From Octopus vulgaris (lineage: Eukaryota), in NCBI GenBank assembly GCA_951406725.2, contig OX597827.1, forward strand, positions 65,348,001 through 65,412,000: a stretch of DNA of 64,000 nucleotides. Reading direction: 5' to 3'. Both the position numbers and the translations under genes were made by a program. The notes beneath the pieces were generated by a model. It ran no database searches. It had not been told where the DNA came from and saw only the letters and a program-made list of their open reading frames with translations. Of this stretch, positions 53,433 through 64,000 are shown in pieces; within the stretch, counting starts at the first letter, position 1; every line of letters begins with the position of its first letter.

Positions 53433-53762
53433 GTATATGAAAGAATGGAGTTGAACGACTAGTTAACAAATATCCTTTATTCTCGACATATGTTTCGAAG
53501 GCTGCATATTCCTAATTCCGAAGGAATAAGGAGTACATTATGCAGATTTCTCATCAGGAAAATCAAGGAACTTATGTCGACATCAAAATGCACAAAAAAC
53601 TTTTAGCTGACATTTTAAAATAAACATACAAATTTCCTCACAAGACACGTAGTCTATTCCCTAGGGACGTAGCTTCAACCGTGTTCTTTCTGATGTGAAT
53701 TTGCTACCCAGGTATCGGTTATCTTTCGAATTATCCTTAATAAGATAATTCATTCAACTACT

Positions 53763-53766
<4 letters not shown>
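53433..53766. mobile_element. TA-embedded PLE-type element, two segments in opposite orientation
   Basis: Segments are collinear at 10716-10928 but inverted relative to each other here. Confidence 0.75.
53480..53562 (-). ncRNA. type I hammerhead ribozyme with long stem II
   Basis: TTTTC-CTGATGA-GAA-AT-CTGCATA-[TCCT.ATTCC-ttc-GGAAT.AGGA]-TATGCAG-CC-TTC-GAA-ACATATGT-C-GAGAA; canonical core, GUC site. Confidence 0.85.
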
Positions 53767-53837
<71 letters not shown>

Positions 53838-54353
53838 CTCATTACATATTAAATTTTATTAAATTAATTATATTTCACCCTATATCTGTAATGACTATTT
53901 TACTCCCCTACGACAAAACTACGAATCTTTTTTACGGCAGTACTATTTTGTGACTCACGTGGTACAAATTCTGGAGGGAAATACGAATTCACTTGTCTTA
54001 TATAAATGTGGATATGCTGATTAGCTTTTATATTTTTCGGTGTCGCTTGATCGAAAACATAGGAGGTAAGTTTTCCTAGCATTTCTAGATTTATAGGGAA
54101 TATTATGTCGATAAAGGAAATGAGTTTTATGATTCTAATCCAGAAACGTACGTCCATAATTAACCGAAGACTGTGTGATTTGATTATTTTTCTTCTTTTT
54201 TTTTTGCCATATGTGAGTTACAAATATTGTCGTCTGTGGAGATTTATTTTTGTAGTAAAAGGAAATAGTAGTCTTTTGGCTGCTATTTCTAAAATTTTCG
54301 GTATGTGGTTAAGCAACTTGTTGCAAAAAACCCTTATTATTATAATATATATA

Positions 54354-54519
54354 TACGACAGGCTTTTTCAGTTTCCGTCTAGCAAATCCACTCACAAGTC
54401 TTTGGTCAGCCCGAGGCTATAGTAGAAGATACTTTACCAAGGTGCCACGCAGTGAGACTGAACCCAGAACTGTGTAGTTGGTAAGCAAGCTACTTACGAC
54501 ACAGCCACTCCTGCTCCTA
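54354..54519 (-). mobile_element. SINE family A, 5' half
   Basis: Head and body match. Confidence 0.8.
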
Positions 54520-55036
54520 TATACCTTATTTTGAACCTCATTTATGTATAAAATACTGCAAGACCACTGATGACGTTGATTTTCCCAGGCTAATCTGTGG
54601 CTCTGTCTTATAGAATATTTTATTCTCATTTTATGATGTCTCGATTTCTGTTTATTGTAATTGTCACGATGTTGTATGACATTTAAAAAAATGATTTATT
54701 ACGTCTTGTTTTCATTTCGGTGACATCAGCGTTTTAATTACGTTAACACTATTGTAATTTTCTATTACTTTATTACCGACGTGAATGCAATGACACTTGT
54801 AAGGGTATATAGTGCTCGTCGATAAAGTTCGACAACAAATCATTTACTTGAATAGTATTTTAATTATGAAGAATAGTAATGTATCCAAAAACACTGAAAT
54901 CTATTAAACATTTAAATATGCTTGATCTGGCAGTAATAACAGGTATATATATAATAAATTGCCGGCCGGGCTAAAACTTAGAAAACCAAGACCTACCTGT
55001 GTGTGTGGGAGAGACATATTGTGTATATATATATAT

Positions 55037-55299
55037 ATTATAATTTAGGGTATCTAAGAGATACTACCACGCTGGCAATAACAGCCAAATCTTGATTCTG
55101 AAACCACATTAACGGTTCTCTCCTAGTGCTCTATGAACATTTAATGTGGTTTCAGACTCAAGTATTGGCTGTTATTTACAGCGTGGTGGTATCATTTAGA
55201 TACCCTAAATTATAATTTTAATAATAATTATTACCTTTGAAGGTTTTTATTCTCATGCTGGCCGCTTGATAAGATCGATATTTAAATTAATGATTTTAT

Positions 55300-55303
<4 letters not shown>
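55037..55303. mobile_element. TA-embedded asymmetric fold-back (76-bp arms, 28-bp spacer, ~87-bp extension)
   Basis: 55037-55112 is the imperfect reverse complement of 55141-55216. Confidence 0.8.
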
Positions 55304-55346
<43 letters not shown>

Positions 55347-56062
55347 ACTGAACTTGAAATACTACTGTCTTTGAGAGAAATTGGCTGAGGGTTTTATAGT
55401 CACTTTTATCCTGGACGTGATAATTATACGTCGTCAATTGCGTAGTGTAACAAAGTTGGGTAGTTCATTTACAAGAAAGATCCATTTTAATGTCTTTCAC
55501 AGTATTTTCTTTTACAAAATTGTTATCATAAATTATATATATCACTAAGAAGAAACAAAAATTTGGCACTATAACTTTTGAGGACGACGGATCCACTTCA
55601 TCCAACCAACCGTACAGCCTGACGAATTTAGCGTGCCAGTCGCCGAGCAGTCAACAGACACGTAGTTCATAATGCAGTTTTGAAGGAAAATAAGCTTGAC
55701 AATGAATGCGATGAAACTGGCATTATAAAATACCGTTACTGCACATTTTTGGCCACTGTGTTCACCAGCGTAACGTGAAATAAAGTGCCTTGTCGCCGGA
55801 AATCGATTTCCTGATGTTAGGATCACTAGCTGAATACTCTAATCCCTAAGCTTTGACTATCTGAAGTAATAGAACGAAGCGGATTGGCAATAAGGTAGGC
55901 CATGTGTTTGAAAAAACAGATTTAACGATTCCCTCACCGTACATGTCTATTTCAATACACACACATAAACACAAAAATATATATATATATTATATATGTT
56001 TGTATGATGATTATGTGTTGAGACAAGTTATGTACAAACACAAAATGAGTGTATATATATAT

Positions 56063-56252
56063 TTATTTCAGTCATTTGAATGCGATCATGCTGGAGCATC
56101 GCCTTTAGTCGTACAAATCGATCCCAGGGATTATTCTTTGTATGCCCAGTACTTATTCTATCGGTCGCTTTTGCCTAACCGATAAGTTACGGTGACGTAA
56201 ACACGCCAACACCGGTTGCCAAGTGATGGTAGGTAACAAATACAGACACATA

Positions 56253-56316
<64 letters not shown>

Positions 56317-56470
56317 TATACATATATATATATACATATATACGACAGGCTTCTTTCAGTTTCCGTCTACCAAATCCACTCACAAGGCTTTGGTTGGCTC
56401 GAAGCTATAGTAGAAGATATTTGCCCATGGTACTACGCAGTGGGACTGCTCCTGAAACCATGAGGTTGTG
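56063..56470 (-). mobile_element. SINE family A
   Basis: Both halves around a (TA)n tract; a second diverged copy follows at 56513-56808. Confidence 0.8.
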
Positions 56471-57529
56471 TGTGTGTTGAATATATATGATACTCTAACG
56501 CATATTTTTCCATCTTTTACTTCTTTCAGTTATTAAACGATGGCCGTGCTGGCCAGTACTAAGACTGGTACATATTCTTACGTTCTCTTTTGGTTAAACG
56601 ACAGAATTATGAGTTCGTAAAAAGCAAACACCGGTTGTCGAAGAGGTCGTGTAGGACAAACACAAACACATGCGTGTATACATATATGATGTTCTTATCG
56701 TTTAATCTACAGCCTGGGGCTATAGCAAAAGACACGAAAATGTCATGCAGTGGGACTGAACCAGCAATGGTTGGAAAGTAATTCCTTACCACACTGCTAC
56801 ACCTGCACCGCCAGCTAACAGCATGGCATCTATACTTAATTACACATTCGCACGCACTTAGTGAAATGTTTATCTTACACCGTCCCAGTTCTTATGCATT
56901 TGCAATAAAGTTTTTATTAGCATTTCGCCGATGTGCCACATAAAAATAAACCGCTATTCTATTTTAAAATTTCCTTATTTACATTATTTACTTCAACAGA
57001 ATCGTTTCGAAAACTAAAACTCGTTATAACTAATTAATTAATAAAAAAATATATATTTGCAAAATATTAGTTCCATCTCCTATAAAACAAAATCTCATAA
57101 ACTATCTAATATTTGTTCTTTCCACAAATATATCAAATATTTCCAAAAAATAAATTTCAAAAACGAACAACAAAACGTCAACTTTGTGTGTAAAATAAAT
57201 AAAATTATTACAGCGATTAAGCTATTAATGTAACAAACAGGGGTAATAAACAGAATGAAAGCATATTACTTTGATTAAAAACCATTCCCATTTAATAAAT
57301 TAAGGGAAGTAGCTTATTTTTATTTCCCACGAATATCTAGCCATTAGTATCTAATGTAAAAATCTTTACCAACAGCTCCAGCACATTGATTTCGTATGAT
57401 TTTCTTCTCTTTTTATGTCCACGCAAAACATTTTTCTTCTATCAAATTACATTTTATTCCTCTTAGCTGGCTATGGTATTAAATCTCACAGCTTTTATTG
57501 TAATTTTGTAACTTGCCATATAATTTTTG

Positions 57530-57589
57530 CTTGTATGTGCATGTATATATATATATATGTATGTATATATGCATGTATATATGTATATA

Positions 57590-57626
<37 letters not shown>

Positions 57627-57653
57627 GTATGTATATATATATATGTATGTATG

Positions 57654-57712
<59 letters not shown>

Positions 57713-57783
57713 GTACGTATATATATATATATGTATGTATGTATGTATATATGTATGTATGTATATATATATATGTATGTATG

Positions 57784-57835
<52 letters not shown>
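57530..57835. repeat. (TA)n/(TATG)n microsatellite
   Basis: Directly visible. Confidence 0.95.
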
Positions 57836-57836
<1 letters not shown>

Positions 57837-58365
57837 GGTATTATATTATATTTTTCTTTCAATAAATTTGCTGTTTTTTTTGCTTTTCTTATTATTTTTT
57901 GTAATTTTCACTTTTGTCTTTATTAAATTTAAGTTGTTTTTTTTTTGACTGACCAGGTTTTAATAATGTTTTATTAGTAGAACTAAATGCGAGGAAATCG
58001 AATATCAGAAATTATGATGCAAGCATTATAAGGAAGTAAATCGAATATCAGAAATTATGGTGCAAGCATTCTTAAAGCAATTGGTTGAGTTTACAGCATC
58101 TCCCTGCGGGTGTTGAAAAGTGTAATTATTTTTTTATTTCCATATTTTATTTCTCTTTCATTTATTTAATTATTTATTTCCTCTTGAAAACTGTAAAATT
58201 TTAGATCTTAAATATACCATCTTAAATAGCATCGGGAATTCTTTAATCGATCACAGTTTTGCATTCGACTCCACGCATAATTCTTTCAAAACTCCCCTTA
58301 TTGAAATACATAAAGTTTAAGGTTGCTCTTCCTATAATACTACGATTCTATTTAGTCTCTATACT

Positions 58366-58938
58366 CGCTTCCGGTCGTGAGGACTTAGAAATATTTTCTA
58401 CTATATTTCATTAAGATTTGCCATAAAGGCATTACAAAGAGTAGCTTGCGGGATGGACATATACATTGATGAGGTGACTGATGAAACAAGCATAGTATTG
58501 ATGAGAGAAGGCAAAAAACGCCCGCTGATTTTCTGTTTCTTTCAAACATTGTTCTTCTTTTTTCCAACAGAATAAACTAAATGAGGTATTGAACCTCTCA
58601 CGACAGTTTTTACAATTATTGGACTTGATGATAGTCCATTACAAATAATAACATCCGCTTCCGGCCGTAAGGTCTAAGAAATATTTTCTACTATATTTCA
58701 TTAAGATTTGCCATAAAGACATTACAAAGAGTAGCTTGTAGGTTGGACATATATATTGACGAGCTGAATGATGAACGAAGGATGATATTGATGAGAGAAG
58801 GCAAAAAATGCCCGCCGATTTTCTGCTTCTCTAAAACATTGGTTTTTTTTCCAACAGAATAAACAAAACGATGTATTCAAACTCTCACGACAGTTTTTAC
58901 AATTATTGGGCTTAATAGTCCATTGCTAATAATAACAT
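58366..58938. repeat. ~290-bp tandem duplication
   Basis: Units start CGCTTCCGG at 58366 and 58656; diverged by scattered substitutions and indels. Confidence 0.9.
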
Positions 58939-59405
58939 GCAATAACATACAATAAAATATTTAATATACAATCAACACTAGTCCGTTTAATAATGAGGCG
59001 CTGAGCCTCTTACAAAAATATTTTCTACTAGTTAAGGTGTTTATGTTGGACACAAAATAATACCCGATTTCGTTTTGTTTTTGTATGTTGGAATGTAAAG
59101 TTTATTTCAATTTATTATGGTGTTTGTGTATGGTGAATTATAAAACTGTTAACTTTTTGTTTTTTACTTATATAAGCCATTAGACTGCAACCAAGATGGC
59201 TGCTGCCTTGATGGATTTCATCGGAAAAACAGCGCAAATACATAATTATTGTTTTCTTTCGTCGAACCACTAGGTAATTGGGACGTAAAAAGCTACTAAC
59301 GGTTGTCAAGTGTTGGTGGACAATATCCAGAAAGACAAACGTACGCGCACACACACAAAGCGCGCACACACACATATTCATTTACATACATGTACTGTTA
59401 AAAAT

Positions 59406-59690
59406 GTGGAGGCACATGGCCTAGTAGTTAAAGCAGCGGACTTGCAGACGAGGGATCACGGGCTCGAATCTCAGATTGGGTGATGTGCTTTTTTTTTTAT
59501 AAGCGAAATACCTAACCTCCACGCGGCTCCGGCAGAAGGTAATGGGCGACCTTCTGCTGACTCTTTCGCCACAACTTTCTCTCAATCTTTCCTCCTGCAT
59601 CTTGCAGCTCACCTGCGACGGAGCGGCGTCAGGTCCAGGTGGGAAACCTATACACAAAAGAAACCGGGAAACCGCCCCATGAGCCAGACA
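59406..59690 (+). mobile_element. SINE family C
   Basis: Matches 14905-15210. Confidence 0.85.
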
Positions 59691-59759
59691 TTTTTGCAAT
59701 GGTTTGAATTTGGTTTGTATTTTACAATGAAAATAAAAATTCTTTATTGACAATTTTGT

Positions 59760-60300
59760 TTCTGTCATCGATATAGAGGGAAATATTTATATTTGGTTGC
59801 TGATTTCCTGCACATCTATCTAAATGCTCACTGAATCTAATTTTTCCATTGTTCAATTACGTACATTCTGTCAGTGAAGCGATATGCGTATATTAAGCTA
59901 CAGGCAAAATTATCAAACGTAAATCTATTCACACGCACAGCATGTAATGGTATAAATTTTGTTTTCTGAAAGGCAGTATTACTATTTAATTCAAAAATTT
60001 GCCCATTTTTCAAGTGGAACACGAAGCCTTCAGATGCATCGATATGAATTCTACAATTTGATCTTCCGTATCTTTGAACTCTCGAGTGTTTTAAAATGAT
60101 CGTGGGTAATATGGCTGTTGTCAACATTATGTTTATGAATGTTGTTCTTCATTTTAAATGTTGATTTTGAATTTCTAGGATCCTTCTCACTTTTTAACTG
60201 ATATAAATGTTGCTAAATTTCATTACATGCCTTTTTTGCGCCATATTTCTTTAACGAATAATTCAGCGTTTTTGTAACAATATGTTATCAAAATGGTTGA
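59760..60300 (-). pseudogene. Penelope-like Cys-motif/GIY-YIG remnant
   Basis: LTTAILP...VQRYGRSNCRI...EGFVFHLKNGQIF aligns with LTNAKL...VKKCARSNCGTC...EGFEFTFKQGTKF. Confidence 0.7.
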
Positions 60301-60819
60301 AAATCAAATGTTACATTTAAACTATTTTGAGTCCGTGATTATTATGAAAAACTCCAGCCAGCAGTTATTGAAAAATCTAAAGTCAACACAAATAATTATT
60401 CGTTTCCTACATTTTCACAACGTTCATTTCAATAAATTGTATTTATAAAGGAAATATAAACAAATAGAGGGTGAAAGAGAAAGAAAGGAGTGACTTGATA
60501 CGTGGATATTTGGGTAAGAGCGCGCGCATATGCAGAGGTATGCGCGCTTGTATTACATTAAAAAAAATTACAAACACCAGTCCTAGAACACATTCATACA
60601 GAGGGAAATGTAAAGAGGACTTGATGAAAATCTTCAAAAATAAAATTAATGTAACTGAAATTTTCCATATCCAAAACAAGTGTAATTAATGAATTTGACA
60701 GAGAGATATGAATGAAATTTATGAGCTACAATTTTTGTAGAACCATGTATAGCATTCATATTAAATCGTATATTGTGGATGTTTTTACAGCCCTGCTCAC
60801 CTTTGGTTTGTATTTTTTA

Positions 60820-61740
60820 ATAAACGAATCTTATGAAGTGGCGTTTGGTTTCAATTATTGTTTTCACATTGGTAACATAGGAACACAATGAATTTAGGAG
60901 TTTTCCTTTTTGCGCATGTGTACAAACCTTCACAGAATTCGACTTGTCTACTTTTGGGATTTCACTTTCCGTTGTCCATGAATCGTTAACATCATGCTTA
61001 AGGCGAGTTTTTGCTTGTCCATAACCATCGCCGCTTCAGTGCAATTGATGGTATATAAAAGATGCTTTTTTGAAAAGGGAGTGGTTCGTCACAGCATGTG
61101 TCCAGAATAACATCGGCACAAATTCTGCAATTGGAGCGGCCACACATCTTAACTGCATGCGTTGTGTCCGTAGTTGTTGGTTTGTTGCATGTAATTTGTT
61201 CTTAAGGACTTGGGTGGGTGGGGGTGTTTTGCATTTGATCATTTTGTATGATTCAAATGATTTTTCCGTGCTTGGGTTTTGGCTCAATAATGGTAATTAC
61301 TGACTTTTCTGATCGAAAATGATGTACATTTTTGTGATTCTTTGGTTGTGTGTCGTAACTAAAGATAAAGTTTTTAAGTATATCTGATCTGCTTTTGGCT
61401 TTTCGTAATTCATCAGAACCTTTTGCTTTCTATTCCATTTCCTATAATATTGGAATGGTAAATGGTAAATTCTTTCAAGTAGTCCTTCGTTTAATCTCAG
61501 GAGTTATTTATTCTGAATTGCAGGGTTGGAGGAGGCAATTGTTCGAAAACTTCTAGTTAGGTTAGGCGGAATATAAGAATTGGTATGTTTTAAATGTCAT
61601 GATGTACAAAGTAAATACTCTTAAGAGTCAGTTTGTTGGTAGCAGACGTCAATTTCTATGATTTTGCCATCCTTTGTAATCAGGTTATGTAGAAAGTGTT
61701 GTGGGTATATTCCACTGAGAGGTGAATACTAGTATTGATC
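60820..61740 (-). pseudogene. Penelope-like RT thumb-GIY-YIG remnant
   Basis: IEIDVCYQQTDS*EYLLCTS*HLKHTNSYIPPNLTRSFRTI and KMCGRSNCRIC match the 8442-9896 ORF. Confidence 0.75.
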
Positions 61741-61877
61741 CTGTAGGGTAGAAACGTAAAATCATTGAGTTATGGAAACTGTGTTTATTTAACATATTTT
61801 ATTATATTAAATAAACTCAGGCTCCATAAACTCAATATAAATATATATGGAATAATTACTATGAAGCATTGCGTAGA

Positions 61878-62230
61878 ATATATTGCGTAAGGTATTATGG
61901 GTAAAGCTAGAACAATGCGAAGTAAATGCAAAGCAAATCCAAGAAAAAAATATGTGAATTAATGTAGATTTACCTTACTTTCAATATTTCGGAGTTATGA
62001 CCCCATTTTCAAAAAATTATCGAATGTTATCGATGTCCTCGCGCGCACACACCAACATACACACTCGTACATAGAAAACATTCGGTAATTTCTTGAAAAT
62101 GGGGTCATAACCTCGAAATATTGAATGCAAGTTAAGTCTATATTAATTCATATATTTCCTTTCTTGGGATTTGCTTTGCATTTACTTCGCATTTATCTGG
62201 CCTTACCCATGATCCTTTATATAATATATA
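61878..62230. mobile_element. fold-back/MITE-like element, ~150-bp inverted arms
   Basis: 61878-62028 pairs with 62077-62230 (e.g. ATGCGAAGTAAATGCAAAGCAAATCC / GGATTTGCTTTGCATTTACTTCGCAT); fragment also at ~41392-41470. Confidence 0.8.
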
Positions 62231-62233
62231 TAT

Positions 62234-62575
62234 AAGGCGCAGGCTGTCTGTTTTGTGAGAAGATTGCTTCTCAACTACATCGCTTCGTTTTCAGAAGCAC
62301 TGCTTGGCACCTTTGGTGGGTGTTTTATACTATAGCCTTGGGCCGACCACAACCTTGCCTTTGGATTTGGGAGACGGAAACTAAAAGAAGCCCGTCATAT
62401 ATGTATGTGTGTGTGTCTTTATGTCTTTGTCTACTCCCCCCATCACCACTTGACAAGCATTGTTGGTGTGTGTACGTCCGCGTAATCTTGCGGTTCGTAA
62501 AGGAGACCCGAGCGAGTTAGTACTAATCTTACGAAATAAGCCCCGGGATCGATTTGTTTGACTACAACCCTTCAA
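62234..62575 (+). mobile_element. diverged SINE family A
   Basis: Head and both halves recognisable. Confidence 0.7.
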
Positions 62576-62608
62576 GTATAAACGAATAAAACAAAGAACC
62601 AAAGAAAA

Positions 62609-62662
<54 letters not shown>

Positions 62663-62904
62663 CCTTCGATGCGTAGAATAGATGAAAAAGGGACAACTGA
62701 AGAAAGGGAATATTCATTATGTTGTATGTCACGTTTCTCTGTTTATTATTTTTTTTTTTCGTTGTTCGAAAAAAGTTCGTTTCCATATTTTGTTTATATG
62801 TTTTCATTTCTCATTGTGTTCAACGTCTTTTTGATATCGTGTGGCCATATGTGCCTGTGTATATATATACATATATATGTAGGTATATATGCATATATCT
62901 ATAT

Positions 62905-62938
<34 letters not shown>

Positions 62939-63029
62939 TGTATGTATATATATATGTATGTATATATCTATATATATATATATATATGTATGTATATATG
63001 TATGTATATATAAATATGTATATATATAA

Positions 63030-63105
<76 letters not shown>

Positions 63106-63756
63106 TTAAATAAATAAATATATATAGGAATGTCGAAGATACTGATGGAAGTTAAGGAAAAAGTAAATCGTTTCATATTTGCTGAAGATTTTCTTTCTTG
63201 AGGCATTCTATATCTTATAATAGAAATGTATATTCACCAGAATTGAAAAATCTTGGAAAAGTGGAGTATGTGAGGTTACAATAAGAAAAGCTTGGGGAGA
63301 ATTTAAAATATAAATAGTGTAGCTACAGTAAATGAAAGAAAAAAAAAACATGAAGAGCGACAAAAAAAAAGGTAACTCTGAGAAAAAAATATATTTCTAT
63401 CCAGACAAAGAAAAATGGTGGCAGCTGATATCTCGAAAACTGTTAAGGCTTAGTTGAATAGACGTACTGAAGTTAACAAGAGAAACGAGGGGACCAGAAA
63501 TGAAATACCTAGGTTACAAAAATCAGTAAACATTATAATATATACTTAGAATACATCATATGTCTAATATACAACAGAAAACAGTTGTATTTTGTGTGTT
63601 GGTGTCACGTTTTCTGTTATGCTGATATTTGTGATTTCAGTCCGTTTTTATATATACTTTGAGCAAAGATTTGTACACAATTCTGACAAAATAACATAAA
63701 AAATTAATTTCCTTCCATTTTCAATTCGGTTGGCTGGTGATCTCTTTTCTCATATG

Positions 63757-63799
<43 letters not shown>

Positions 63800-64000
63800 C
63801 ACACACACACACAGACACACACACGTACACACACAGAAACGCAAGCACACACGATATACGATATTTACTCACAAATTTTATTGTTTTATTTGCCTCGACA
63901 TTTACCGATGTCAGAAAAGAACTGGTCCACTATTTCACGTTCCCTCGAAATATATAAACATTCTTATAAGACCATCCATATATGCTTGTTGTTCCAAAAC

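Noticed and set aside
55569-55826. Possible pogo CENP-B HTH relic (GCTVGWMKW)
   Set aside because: Single weak motif and no TIRs found
62660-62720. CTGAAGA-AAGGGAATATTC next to a TA-embedded repeat
   Set aside because: Only the 5' half of a core; no GAAA or stem III

Overview
AT-rich, repeat-saturated eukaryotic DNA. The SINE families and the extreme (TA)n/(CA)n/(TACA)n/(TATC)n microsatellite density suggest an octopus/coleoid genome (inference, not verified). No host gene can be called with confidence, and nearly all short ORFs in the track are microsatellite or SINE artefacts. Recognisable content: a 5'-truncated Penelope-like retroelement (RT + Cys motif + GIY-YIG) at 7632-9896(-) plus several decayed PLE remnants; an R4/Dong-type RLE LINE inserted in (TAA)n with a nested SINE; RTE, Gypsy and L1/Tx1-like remnants; mariner, pogo/Tigger and piggyBac-type MITEs; four tRNA-derived SINE families; and a 22-bp satellite with an internal polarity inversion. 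The most notable signal is a set of non-coding elements embedded in (TA)n tracts, often as asymmetric fold-backs, carrying type I hammerhead-ribozyme motifs with short, mostly palindromic stem III. At least five unrelated sequence families occur in 64 kb. The best case is a ~237-bp inverted repeat (48533-49080) with an intact hammerhead on each strand, sitting inside the internal microsatellite of a SINE.
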